A stretch of DNA of 64,000 nucleotides from Vicugna vicugna (Eukaryota): NCBI GenBank assembly GCA_013265495.1, contig MU058781.1:476963-540962 (forward strand), read 5' to 3'. The stretch's first letter is position 1; the number at the start of each line of letters is the position of its first letter. A program made the position numbers and the translations under genes. Under the pieces are notes generated by a model. It saw only the letters and a program-made list of their open reading frames with translations. It was not told the origin of the DNA and did no database searches. Shown here piece by piece: positions 50,517 to 62,705 of this stretch.

Positions 50517-52169
50517 GAAGGTATGACAGACAAGTGATACTGGTCCTCCCTAGAGCATCCTAACCAGAGGCACATGGTGTCAGTCTGCTCCAGTGATACA
50601 GATCTTAGCACTGATTACTTGGCTAAAGTGATACCCATCAGATCTTTCTACTGTGAACTCACTGTTTTCCTCTTGGTAATTCATACATAATTTGTAGAGT
50701 GATTTTTTTTGAGATTGTGTACATTTACAAGCTCCTCATCAAACCCTCCCTCACCAGTTTGGCATCCATTGATTGGTTTCTACTCCATCAATCTTTCTAC
50801 ATTTATTAGTTAAATTTTTACTGTAAGCAAGAGCTTTCCCTTCTTCTCCATTAAATGATTTAATTATCCATGTATTGCTAAAAGTGTAAATGCATGTAGC
50901 CTTACTTAATTCTACGGTTATAATTAATGGTGTTCTGTGGCCAGTTCACATGCATGAGAACTTTAAGCATCTCTTCACAAATTGTCTGATTTGACCAGTG
51001 GAAGCCTCATCAAACTGTATCCTATATCCTTTTGACATATCTCCATCATTCTTTGAGCACTTCCTGGGTTTCTGGCTCAATAGAATGTCCTAGAATCATT
51101 GTATACTTTTCATACTCCAGCACGGATATTATTTTTTATTCCAAGGAACTAAGTTTCCTTTTAGTGAAAAACCATGTTTGAAAACCAAGATGGGTGCTGG
51201 GTCTTTGCCAGGAATATTGACTTGTCACTGCTTCTTCAGTGGAGAACATGTAGATATATCTACTCTTTTCTATATTTATATTAAAAACAGTGGATTTATT
51301 TTGATACCTCCAGGTATAATCTAATACCACAGGGTAGAGTTTAACCTTCCTCCATTCCGTATTTACAACTTCCTTCTCCAACAATGAGAGTCTTAGATCC
51401 ATTTATCCTCGGTATATTTAACAATTTTCCCAAGCTTACAATATATAGAAATATACAGAAATTAAAGACATTAATTTCAGAATTGCCAACTCATCTCATT
51501 GTGAAAAGCAATTCTAATGCCTAAATTTAAAATCTGTTGGAAGTTCCTTTTAAGGGAAAGTTTATATCAAATAAAATACACATATTTTAAATTAAAAATC
51601 TGATGAGTTTTACAAAATTCAGGAATTCATAACCCACACCTCCGTAAAGACAGAGGTTATTTGATCTCACAAGAACATTCCCCTGTTTCCCTTTTCAATT
51701 AATTTCCACGTTCACAGGCAATCAGTTTCTGATTTTTTTTTTACTATCAATTAGTCTTGTCTGCTTTTGGACTTCATGTGGATTCATCGCAGTGTGGGTA
51801 GTATTTTATGACCTGCTTCACAGAGCACAGGATCTCTGAGATTTGTCTATGTTGTTGTGTGCATCAGTAAAACATTCCCTCTTACCGTTGAGGAACATGT
51901 CTTGTATGAATAGGCTGCAATCTGTTTATACATTTCCATGTCCTTTGGAATTTGAGTTGTCTTCAGTTTTTGGTTACTATGGGTGAAGCTGCCATGAAAA
52001 TTCTCCTACAAGTCTTTTTGTGAGCATATGTTTTCCTTTATCTTGAGAAAATACCTAGGAGTAGAATTACTGGGTCACAGTGTTTGAATAAATTTAGCTT
52101 AGCTGGGAACATTTTTTCAAAAGTGGTTGCACCATACTTCCTCTTCTAACCAATACGGAGTAACAGAGA

Positions 52170-52440
52170 CTGGATTCATCTTCTACCTTTGAACAATGGG
52201 CTGAACTGGTCAAAATATGTGAAACAAGGGATTTTAAACAATGGATAGCTGGCAGTACAGGATGGTGAACCCTGAGTGAAAGAAAACAAGAGGATGATCG
52301 CCACAGTTTCACCAGCTTAGACATCCCTAAGTACTGATGCAGTAGGGAGGGGGCAGCAAAGGAGGTCTGCGGGAATTACACACCAGCAGACTGAGCTGAC
52401 AGGCTCACTGAGATAAGGAAGAGGAGGCCAGCGTGCAAGA
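52170..52440 (+). mobile_element. Old L1 5' UTR fragment (L1M4/L1MCa-like)
   Basis: aactggtcaaaatatgtgaaacaagggattttaaacaatgga...ggcagtacaggatggtgaaccctgagtgaaagaaaacaagagg. Confidence 0.65.
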
Positions 52441-52444
52441 TTAA

Positions 52445-52880
52445 AGGTATGTGGAAGGGTGCACAGCATCACTAATCACGAAGGAAATGCAAATCAAAAC
52501 CACAGCGACATATCACCTCACACCTGTTAGAGTGGCTATAAGCAAAAAGACAAGAGATAAGCGTGGGTAAGTACTGGGAGGAAAGGGAACCTTTCGCACT
52601 GTTGGTGGGGAGTGTAATTGGTACAGCCACCATGGAAAAGAGTATGGAGGTTCCTCAAAAAGTTAAAAAGAGCACTTTCTAACTAATTCCACTTCTGGGT
52701 ATTTAACCAAAATAAATGAAAACCCTAACTCGAAAAGATACATGCAGCTCTATGTTCATAGCAGTATTATTTACCATAGCCAAGACACAACGTAAGTGTG
52801 CATCAGTGGTCGCACACACACGCAATGGGAGATCAGTCAGCCACAAAGATGAAGAAAATTTTGCTATTTGTGACAACATG
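52445..52880 (+). mobile_element. L1 (L1MA-type) ORF2 C-terminal fragment
   Basis: catcactaatcacgaaggaaatgcaaatcaaaaccacagcgacatatcacctcacacctgttagagtggc...; the track ORF MKTLTRKDTCSSMFIAVLFTIAKT is the L1 ORF2 end. Confidence 0.9.
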
Positions 52881-53525
52881 TATTACTTGGCACTAGTTAT
52901 TACACCATGGATCCCTGTGACTTAATTTGGGGAAGGGTATTTAGCGACCAAGGTCTGGAGGCTAGGTGTGTTCATTGCTACTGGGATACCACTGGGTTCA
53001 GGCCCTGTCAGTGGATGGAGCTGAGAAATAGAAGACACATCTATATGCATACAACACACATATATGTGCATAAACATCTAAATACCCATGTACATAAGCA
53101 CTCATATCTATTTTCATCTATTTATCTACCCATCAATCTAATGGCTGTATATTAAAACCCATGAGTTCACACTGATGCATTAATTTCAGTAACTCCCTAT
53201 TTAATTTTTAACTCCCCATTTTGACAGTCAGAAATCTGGCTTTCATTACCCATAATATATTTATTTGTTTGCTCAATCCTACAATACACAGGAAGTAGTT
53301 TCAGCAATACTAATCTACGTTTCTGTGAAAAGAAAAAGAAAAAGAAAATAAGTTTTTTGCCTTTAGCCTGAGGACATAGTCCAAATATTGTGTTATAAAG
53401 TTACTTGGACTAGTTCATCCCCCACTTCCTTAACTGTGGTGATACTATTGATTTGAAACATGGTCAGTTCATTAGTGTCTGTTGGTATACAATTTTAGGA
53501 TTTTTCCCTGCATCCTTGTATCAGT
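52881..53525 (-). mobile_element. Second L1MC-type 3' fragment
   Basis: accaaggtctggaggctaggtgtgttcattgctactggg...ccctgtcagtggatggagct...aaacccatgagttcacactgat...gaaatctggctttcattaccca. Confidence 0.8.
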
Positions 53526-53528
53526 AAC

Positions 53529-53792
53529 TGTGAAGAATTTGGGATTTTTCCGCATTTGCAAGGTGGTAAATTATCTTGCCATTGTTTCAGGGGTGCTAGC
53601 AGAAGACAAGAATCCCAGTTCATTAAAAAGGCATTCATTACTCACAGCACAGCAAGAAGCATGAGTATCGTATTTCAGTCAGTTCCCTTAGTACTCCAGC
53701 CTCATGCAAGCAATGCAGAGGGACTCCAGTGGATTCTGCATATGGGTTTGCATCGTAAGTGAGGAACCCTGAGCTTAAAGAACTTGAAGTTT
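53529..53792 (-). mobile_element. ERV LTR, partial (MER76-like)
   Basis: tgaagaatttgggatttttccgcatttgcaag...gctagcagaagacaag...ttcattactcacagcacagcaagaagcatgag...tgaggaaccctgagctta; family name from memory. Confidence 0.65.
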
Positions 53793-53799
53793 TCTCTTT

Positions 53800-54460
53800 G
53801 CTTTTTTCTCGCCTGATGGTCTACCTGAACTTTGCTGTTTTGCTTTCTGGCAAATTTCCACATGAGTATATCACGTCATCAGCCACTCTGATTAATCTGA
53901 TCAACAGAGGCTAGGAACAAACCCATTCAATTTGTTCCTGCAATAGTTAATTCAGACTACACTCAACAGACTCCAAACAGCGGGTTGAGGGTAGCCTGCA
54001 GCATTGACTTCAGTCATTTCCTATAGGGTTCCAGATCCAGTTAACTGAAAAAAATCCCATAAACCATCAGAGTCTCCCTTAGACAGCCAGGTGGATTTCT
54101 CTTTACATTTCTGTCCTGACTTTTCCACTTGACCCAATTAAGAATCAAACCAGGTTGAGAAAGATGTAATGGCAACTGCATAGACTCTACCTTGACAAAC
54201 TAGGAGGAATTCTGAGCCAGTGCTATGATCCACAACAACTCTCACCTTTGAGTAGACGCTGACCTACATGCCTTGCAAGGATGTGATAGTATCATTGAAC
54301 ATTTCTTCTAAAGTCAAGGTCAAATCTTGAACCATCTATTCTAATGGATGACTTCAACTAGGGGGAAACTGCCCATATAGGGCAAGCATAAATGGTAAGT
54401 CAGTAGTAACTCCAAAAAAGTATTCCAGGTAATCAAGGGTAAGCTCACCTTGGAGAAAAA
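53800..54460 (-). pseudogene. env: Degenerate endogenous retrovirus env (gamma-type TM subunit)
   Basis: Frame 54335-54021 reads MVQDLTLTLEEMFNDTITSLQGM*VSVYSKVRVVVDHSTGSEFLLVCQGRVYAVAITSFSTWFDS*LGQVEKSGQKCKEKSTWLSKGDSDGLWDFF, which matches the heptad, immunosuppressive domain, CX6CC position and membrane-proximal layout. It lies directly upstream of an LTR in the same orientation. Confidence 0.8.
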
Positions 54461-54468
54461 CCTTTAGA

Positions 54469-54486
54469 ATATATATATATATATAT
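54469..54486. repeat. (AT)9 microsatellite
   Basis: Directly visible. Confidence 0.9.
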
Positions 54487-54559
54487 TCAGAAAATGCCCT
54501 TCAATTTTTAAAAAAATATTTCATTAGAAGCAAATCCTGGAATTTGTCAAGGATTTTCA

Positions 54560-55860
54560 GTTTTTTACAGTCATGATTTTTTTTTCCTCCTTTGATATTT
54601 TTAGATGCTTGATTACATTAATGGATTTACTAAGAATGAATCAACAATCAACCTTTATTCCTGGAAATCCATTTATATGTAATATAATAATTGATATTAT
54701 TGATTTAAATCTATGTAATTTTGCTATTTATCTTCTGTTTGTCCCATCTATCTCAGTTGCTGTTGTTTCTCTATTTCTATTTTTCTCTCTTATTTTAGGA
54801 TAATAAGAAAAATTAAGTATTCAATTTTTAATTCTCCATTGCATTTCCAGCTGTACTTTGTGCATTTATTTTTTTAATTTTTTTTTAATTGAGGTATAGT
54901 CAGTTTACAATGTTGTGTCAAGCTCTGGTGTACAGCACAATTCTTCAGTCATACATGAATATACATATATTCATTTTCATACTCTTTAAATTGTTGCTGT
55001 TGATATTACAATATGTATCCTTAACTCTCCCTCCTCTCTTTTTGGAATTCCACTTAACTGTCATACAAGTCTATTTATCTTTTTAATATTTTTAATCTGT
55101 ATTTTCGTATTAGGTTACTTTACTCATGCATCTTCATCTTCAGTGACCCTTTCTTTTGCTGTGTTTGATCAGCTGTTAATAAAATCCAGTCAATTTTCAT
55201 TACAGGTATTTTAATTCCCAATGCAGAATTTTCACCTTTATTGTTTTCTATAGTTTCTATTTGTCTGCTGACCCCCATCTGTTTATTAATTAAGACCATA
55301 TTTTCCTTTAAGATCTTGAAAATATTTATAGTATCTGCCTTAACATTCTTGTCTTCTAGTTTTAACATCTATCAAATTTTATTTTATATTAGAAATTATA
55401 ATAATGCAAGCAGTGTGGAATATGGTATCTCCCTTGAAGAAGTATTGAGTTTTGTTTTGGTGGGCAATTAAGTTACTGAACAATCATTTTGGACCTGTCA
55501 TGCTTATGTTAATTTACTTAGAGTTGATTTATTTACTTTTGAACTTAGTTGCATAAGTTTCTTCTTCTAAGCTAAGGCTCTTACTTCTTAGGCATTTCTT
55601 CTTGTGTCTCCACTAGTTAATTATGACGTTTGTTGAGATATCTCTTCAGGCTGGGCTAGAACTTCAAATTTTCTCAGCTTTGCATAATCTCGTACCATTC
55701 TCAGCCCTGTTACATATGATCTCTTCTAGCTCTTTTGAAATTTTGTGTTGTGTACATTCAGTCAAGCCCTCAGCTATGTGAATCATCGTGCAGATACTGG
55801 GGAGCATCTCTGTGCATATACATCCCTTTTCTGGAGAACAGCCAGAGGAATTCTATTTCT
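54560..55860 (-). mobile_element. Old L1 fragments (ORF2 piece, ORF1 coiled-coil region, 5' region)
   Basis: T-rich antisense; track ORF 55120-55368 (INIFKILKENMVLINKQMG...IETIENN) resembles an L1M ORF1 N-terminal coiled coil. Confidence 0.7.
54868..54988 (-). mobile_element. Young camelid-type L1 3' end inserted in older L1
   Basis: Poly-T then aattgaggtatagtcagtttacaatgttgtgtcaagctctggtgtacagcacaattcttcagtcatacatg...tattcattttcatactcttt. Confidence 0.85.
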
Positions 55861-57351
55861 ATAATCTATACTTTTCCTCCAATTACATTTCTCTGAAAGT
55901 ATCTAACAACAAATATTAAAATCCCCACCTTAATATAGTACAAATAAATTGGGCAAAGCGTCATATTCCAAGACCATCAAAGAACTTTGTATATCACTGT
56001 TTCGAACTATGATTAAGGCAGTCAAAGTTTATATGAAATCTCCACATATAAAAAGGAATTATACCCTGCAAAGTTGTATGCTTATTACTAAGTTTGGTAA
56101 ATACAATAGGACCCTCTAGTGACTTGTGATACTATGTAAATCTCTGATTTAGAGACTATTTCAGAATTTCTTATTTTGAAGCTCTTCCTTTTAATCATGT
56201 TTTTATATATTTAGATAAATCTGACCATTTCCTTGCTTTGAGTACTAGTATTCTGAAAATTCTCAGTGTAGTCTTGTGATTTCTGGTCTCCTTGAGAATA
56301 GAATTTCATGTGATCATACCAGGATCCGTGTCTGTTGACAGTTACAGTAATGATATGTCAACATTTTATGAATAGTTAGCTTTGAGAAATACTCACATGC
56401 CAGGATGTGGATTTTTCAAACAATTTAATGTGCTGCCATCTGACAGCAACATAGACCTTTGTAGAAAAATGTTTTCTTTCTTCTGTATTGACCTATGGTG
56501 AAATGAAGATTTTACCAATATGGAGTTTCTGATAACTGGTTTCTTACTCATAGGAATAGAAAGTTAGATAGCTTACTTGCTCTCTCTCTCTCTCCCTTCC
56601 AAATACTTTGTGTTGTTCGAACTGAATGACGAATTATAGTTCATTCTTGACTTAGGACTTTGAAACCCTTTAACAAAGATTAAACTGTTTGCTTACCAAA
56701 ACAACCATTGTCTTGTGTTCCATATTGGAATGTTGAGAAATTTTCAGTATATTTTCTGCAACTGAATAACAACAGTGACATTTCTTACTGAGACCCCCTC
56801 TCTAAAATTACATTTAGCAGTACAGCTTGATGTCTGCCTTATCCTTAATTAATCGACATTTGTGAGGATGACGGTCTTTTTATTCCATCTTATTCAGACT
56901 GTCTTCCTATTCATTTTTTCATCACTGTTTTTATTGCAAAGGACAAGAAAGGGAAAATATGTGTGGCCTAGTTTAACAAAATGTTGCTGGTTATTATTGC
57001 TCATACATGGTTAAAGATGTTGAAACTAACAGTTAAACTGCAGACTATTGTGTGTTCTATTTTTAACAAAATATGCCTGCTCTTGAGGAGATTAACATAC
57101 ATTGTTCATACATTTAAATTTTGTAGAGTTTCAGATACGGCCTAAATAGTGAGTAGCCCGTCCTCTTAAAAAGTAACCCTGACCATGCGTTCCCTGATCT
57201 CTCACTTTTGGATCCGTATTTCACTGATAATCACTAATTTACACTTGTACTTGCTTATAAGACTTTCTGATGCATTTGATTTGTTCTATGTGGTATATTT
57301 TTAATAACATCTAAAAATGGATTTTAAAATCTTTTGTATCTGCTAAAACGC

Positions 57352-57790
57352 TGGGGACTTTCTACCTTCTGCTTAGGATGTAGAAAGCTGGAAAAGCTTC
57401 GCTCCCAAAATTACAACAAGAAGACAGAGATAACTTAAAAAAACCCCACAATTTATTTTAATCAGTCAGAGAGCTGGAATTACAGAACAAAAACTAACTC
57501 AAAATCTAATGAAAGATAAGCATCTCCAAGGAGAGAGAGAGAGCAAACATTTTCTTATCTAGGGTAGATTCCAAACAACATTATACCATCAGATGAATTT
57601 AGCTGGATTTTCTAATGAATTAATAAAGGCTAAGTGTAGACTAGAGCAAGAAACCCGCATCTCTGAGAGCAGTTCACCCCAGGTGATTTACACCCACAGA
57701 CCTCACTGGAAGCTCATGAAAGAGAATGGTGGCAGAGTGAGAGTCTCCAGAAAGCCTCCTTTGTTATGCAGGCCTGGAAGAGCTGAATGA
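57352..57790 (+). mobile_element. Old L1 5' end (L1MD/L1MC-type)
   Basis: ggggactttctaccttctgcttaggatgtagaaagctggaaaag...ttacaacaagaagacagagataac...cagagagctgga resembles an L1M 5' terminus. Confidence 0.6.
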
Positions 57791-57912
57791 TACTAATATG
57801 GGTTGAACTGTGTCCTTCCAAATTTCATATATTGAAGCTCTAACCTCTAATATGATGGCATTTGGAAATGGGTGGGGTCTTTGGGAAGAAATTAGGTTTA
57901 GATCATATCACG
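57791..57912 (+). mobile_element. MLT1A-like LTR 5' fragment
   Basis: tatgggttgaactgtgtccttccaaatttcatatattgaagctctaacctctaatatgatggcatttgga...ctttgggaagaaattaggtttagatcatatca. Confidence 0.8.
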
Positions 57913-59295
57913 ATCAATAAAAATCCCAGCAGAACATTTTGTAGAAATTGATAAGCTGGAAAGGCAAGGAATACTAGATTTTGAGAAAAAAAGAATAAAG
58001 TGAGAGGATTCACAGTACCTTATCTTAAGACTAACTATAAAGTCACAGTAATCAAGATAGAATGGTATCGCAAAAAGTATAGACTAATAAATCCATGAGA
58101 CAGAAGAGAGAACACAGAAACAGACCCAAGCATACCTGGTCAATCAATTTTCAAGAAGATTTCAAAGACCATTTAAAGAAGGAAGAATATTCTTAACAGT
58201 TGGTGCTGGAAATTTTTGATATACGTATGCAAAAGAAAAAACAATTACAGCACATAAGTCAAAACTTACACAAAACTGACTCAAGATTGGATCAAAGACC
58301 TAATAGTAAAATGTAAAACTGTAGAACTTCCAGATAAAACCATTAGAGAATATCTCTGTGACCTTAGATGATACCAAGATTTCTTGGATATAACATTAAA
58401 AGCATGATCTATTAAAAATTTTATAAATTAGTTTTATCAAAATTAAGAATTTCTGCTCTTCAAAAACACTGCAAAGAAAATGAGAAGACAAGTATATAGT
58501 GAGAGAAAATATTTACAAATCACATATATGATGATGAACATGCATCCAGAATATATAAAGAGCTCTAACAACTCAACAATAAAAAACAAAGACTCCAATA
58601 AAAATGGACAAAAGACTTAGACTTTTTACCAGAGACATAAGGATGGTGAATAAGCACATGAAAAGATGCTCAACATCATTTGTCATTGGATAAATTCAAT
58701 TTGAAGCCACAATGGTAAACCACTATGAACCCTCTAGAATTTTAGCTAAAATTAAAAGACGAATAATACTAAGGATGTGGAGCAAGTGAAACTCTTAAGT
58801 ATCTCTGGTGAGAATAAAAAACACTGCAGCCACTTTGGAAAATGCTGTCTCAGTTTCCAGTAAACTTAAATTCTAGAAAGACCTTATAATCACTCTTTTA
58901 GGTATTTATCCAAGTAAAATGAAAACCGATGATCACACAAAAGCTTGTCAGTGAATCTTTAGACTGATCTTATTCACAATTGCCACAAAGTGGAAATAGT
59001 CACCATGTCACTCAACTGTATGTCATTCATACAATGGAGTGAAACTGAGCGATAAAAACGAACAACTGATACACGCGACAAGATAGATGAACCTAAAATG
59101 AATCCTTTTAAGTGGAAGGAGGCAGATGTAAAAGACTACATACTGTGTTTTATGTGATCTTTTGGAGAAAACAAAATTAAAGGGATTAAAAACGGATCAG
59201 TGGGAGACATGGGCTGTCGGTTTGAGGAGGACTACGGATGACTGAGGATGGGGGGCAGGGCTGGTATTCTGGGGTAATGGAGCCACTCTGTATCT
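57913..59295 (+). mobile_element. L1 (L1MB/ME-type) late ORF2 and 3' UTR
   Basis: caataaaaatcccagcag...tagaaattgataagctg...ctataaagtcacagtaatcaaga...taagcacatgaaaagatgctcaacatcatt...aaagactacatactgtg. Confidence 0.9.
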
Positions 59296-59299
59296 ATAA

Positions 59300-59900
59300 A
59301 TAATGGGGACTTACCTGTCCTGGAGGATTAAAGAAGGTGCCCCTGAAGAGGTCAAGTTTGAACTGAGATCTGGAGCATGAACTGAATAAATTTTAACTTA
59401 AAAAAAAAAGCAGAAGGGAAAGTGTTCAAGGCTAAAGCAGCATCATATTCAAAGGCCTTGTGATGAAAAGACTGTTCAGTTGGAGGACTGACGGGAAAAT
59501 CAGTGTGTTGCCCTGGAAAAGGAAAGGGGGACAGGGCAAAGGATTGGCTGAAGACATGGCAAGGTCCTGTTGGTGATTTTGAGTATTTAGGTCTTTATCT
59601 TAAGGGGCTTTAAAGGTTTTAAGGGGAAGGAAGAGATGTAAGTGAGCAAGTGGGTGATGAGAGAAAAAATTTTGAGATGCATTTTTAAAAGATGACTCTG
59701 CAGACGTGTAAAGAATCTATGTGACTAAACTAGTAGGGTAGTTGTGGTGAGAGATTATGGTACCTTGGACAAGATGTCTAGGAGTGGAATTAAGTGACAC
59801 CCAGGATATAAATTCTACAGAACCTGGTGATGAATTGGGTATGGAGCTGGGGAGAGAAAGTCTTTCCAGATGATTTACTGTTTTTTTTCCTTGCAAAATC
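59300..59900 (-). mobile_element. L2 LINE fragment
   Basis: aaagaaggtgcccctgaagaggtcaagtttgaactgagatctgga...caaaggccttgtg...tttaggtctttatcttaagg...tttaaaagatgactctg...ctacagaacctggtgatgaattgg. Confidence 0.8.
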
Positions 59901-61534
59901 AGAGGTCTATTGGCCATTCAGCAGAATACTGGTCACTTGGTGGAAATTTATCTTTATCAAGAAAGATCATGGCTTTATTAAATGTATACAGTCATGACAA
60001 AATGGTCATTGAGCACCACATACCAGAAACTTCTCTGTATGATGAAAAAGAGACAAAATCCTCATTCTAATAGGACTTTTCTCAGATTTGATTACCTCTC
60101 CCCATATCTTCCCCCCCAAATATCACTTAAAACCATTATTAAATCATTGTACATAATAAATTTGTATCCAAAGCAGATTTATCTACTTCCCTTTTAAAAA
60201 TGTATAATTTATAGCAATTCTACAAAATGTAAGAGAACCACTATCCTTTTCAGCTTTGAACAACTGTGGACAGATGTAAATAATGCCTTATGCACAGCTT
60301 AATTCAGCGAGATCTGGATCAACCTTAGTGAAACTGGAACTTAACTGCATGGTGGTTTCATTTATTTAAGCACATCTATTACTTGTTATTCAACAGGGAC
60401 TGAAATTTTAATACATGATATGTTACAAATATTTAAGAGTCCTATCTGTAGATAAGTTAGGATTAATCACTTACAGAATAATATAGTAGTAACAAGGCAT
60501 GCTTTTTTCCATCTGTTTCTTTGACTCAGTTTTTAACAACTTTCTTATTCCTTTCAACCACATGACTCCAGACACAGTTGGCTTTAGGAAGCTGCTACAG
60601 CTGGAGGCATGTCCAATCCCTTGTCACTTGTATGCCACCTTACTCATCTCCAGTTGAAGACAAGGGGATACATGGATATAGAGATAGATAGAGCGACAGA
60701 CAGGTGTATATATATATAAAGCTTATATTATACATATGTATTATACTGCACACAGGAGGACTGATATTAATTCCAAAATTGCATTAATATACATAAATAG
60801 GTCACCATTATCTGGAGAGTGATGGGAGGAAAAAAAACGGAAAAATGTCATCTCTACAAGCTTTACGGACTGCACGCCTATGAGTCTGCATGTTATCTCT
60901 TCAGTTCTCCCACTCCGACTTACTTGCCAGCTGCTAGTCCAAGACAGAACTCTGCTCCCCAAGCCCAAGACCAAGATCTGGGCCATTTCCTTGTTTAGCT
61001 GCTCTTTATAAATAACTGTGTCCCTAGAGGAAATCAGACTTTGCAAAACACTGTTAGCAGGAGCTCAGTTGTTGCTGGGTACGATTATAGGCGGAGAACA
61101 GATGATGCTTGACACCCAAAACCTCAGCACCAAAACAAACACTGGGTTTGCTCAGAGCGCCAGCACAGCCAAGCGCTTGACTCTCGCCTCACCTGCACCT
61201 ATGCAGCTCTCCTCAGTCAGACCTCCCAGGGTCCTCCTGACCCTACGGCGCCTGCTCACAAAGCAAACCGAGAGAAGCGGCGGCACGAGGCCGGCACATG
61301 TATCACGAAGGGGGCTTTTGCCAAGACAACTGAGTTAACCCTTCCTTTGAAGTGAATGAGAGAGAAAGAAGAGATTTGACTTGATCCATGAGTCATATGT
61401 TATATTCTTACAACTTTAAACTCTCTAGCAATGGCTAGTATTACTTATAAAGGTTATTTCTATTCCAGAGTTACACCACTTGATGCCCGCAACTTTTATC
61501 ATCACCACCACAGTGATCACGTGATCAACCAAAT

Positions 61535-61880
61535 TTATTAGGATCCTGATTCAAATAAGCTAAAGGAAAAAAAACCCTCATAATATGCATAAGACAATTT
61601 GAAAATCTGAACACTGACTAGATTTTTGATAAGAATTGTTACTATTTATGGTTATAAAAGAATCCTTATCCTTTAGAGGTACGTATTGAACTATTTAAAG
61701 ATGAAAAGTAATGTTGAAGGTTTGCTTCCAAATAATACAGGGGATGGAAGTGAATGCAGGTTTGGATGAAGCAAGACTGGCTGTACATTTTTAGTCACTG
61801 AAGCTGGGCAGCAGGTCCATAGGCATACATTATGCTACTCTTAATGCAGATTTGAATTTTCCTTCTTAATAAAATGTGAA
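61535..61880 (+). mobile_element. L1MC/ME-type 3' end fragment
   Basis: ggatcctgattcaaa...aatctgaacactgactagattttgat...ccttatcctttagaggtacgtattgaactattta...gaagctgggcagcaggtccatagg. Confidence 0.75.
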
Positions 61881-61884
61881 AATG

Positions 61885-62085
61885 ATCATAATCACCCTTT
61901 ACTGAGTGCTTCTTTTATGTCACTAACTTCAAGTGTATTATTCCATTTAATCCTGACGGCGCGCAGGCTGGTATTCACTACGAGCCCCTGTTGTACCTGG
62001 GACTGCCACAGTCAAATGAGTGGAGGTGCACAGCTGGTAGTGGCTCGAGGCCCATCTGACTGCAAAGGCTGCATCCTTTCCCCCC
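61885..62085 (-). mobile_element. MIR SINE
   Basis: ttttactgagtgcttc...tgtattattccatttaatcctgac...gtgcacagctggtagtggc...catctgactgcaaaggct. Confidence 0.65.
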
Positions 62086-62544
62086 GAATGGGACTGTGCA
62101 TAATCCCGGGCCCTTTTCTTGGCAACAGTGACAGCTTTTCTCCGATTCACACATCCTGACGTTGCCCTTTAGTTTGCATCCACAGGTACTGTTTCCCTGC
62201 CCGGTGATACTTTGTCAGATATGTCTCTTAAAACTTCTGCAATTACAAAATGCCAGAGCTGCTAGTCTCATTAGCAAGCATGATCACATTATGAGCTAGA
62301 ATTGCTCCTTTCCTTTTCTCCTCATTTTCTTTTCTGCATAGTCTTGGCGACAATAACAAGTATTGAGAAGGTGACTGTCTTGCCTGCAATTTTCCACCTC
62401 TTAGTTAGTGTCATACAGTAATGGGTACAAACAATGGACCACCTTGACCCACTTTTAGCAACTTTGGTTGCTGTCTGCCTCATTCAGTCTGCAGTATTAC
62501 TGCATCCCATGTCGCAGCATGGCCTGTTTCTAATGCCTTTTGAG

Positions 62545-62705
62545 GGGAGCCTTCAACAGTCGAGGGGGCAAGACCTGAGCTTCTGCTGTTTCTTACGCCC
62601 TTCACCTGGAGCGAGTCAATTTAACCCATCTCTGTTTCATTTTGCCCATCTATGAAATAAAGAACTTGGCAGTAAATAATTCTAAATTCCATTCCAGGTC
62701 TATTT
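62545..62705 (+). mobile_element. MIR SINE fragment
   Basis: aagacctgagcttctg...ggagcgagtcaatttaacccatctctgtttcattttgcccatctatgaaataaag. Confidence 0.65.

Larger units (their letters stand above)
48805..52165 (-). mobile_element. L1MC3/4-like 3' region interrupted by MLT1D and MLT2 LTRs
   Basis: Antisense L1MC landmarks (cctgaatcatttgag, ttcctaagaatgaggacttttctcatataaccacaac, tcctttgacatatctccatcattctttgagcacttcct, aatacctaggagtagaattactgggtca). Possibly more than one element. Confidence 0.85.

Noticed and set aside
56428..56450. CTCF-like CTGTCAGATGGCAGCA (minus)
   Set aside because: The 5' half of the core (CCAC/CCAG) is mismatched; too weak without ChIP data.
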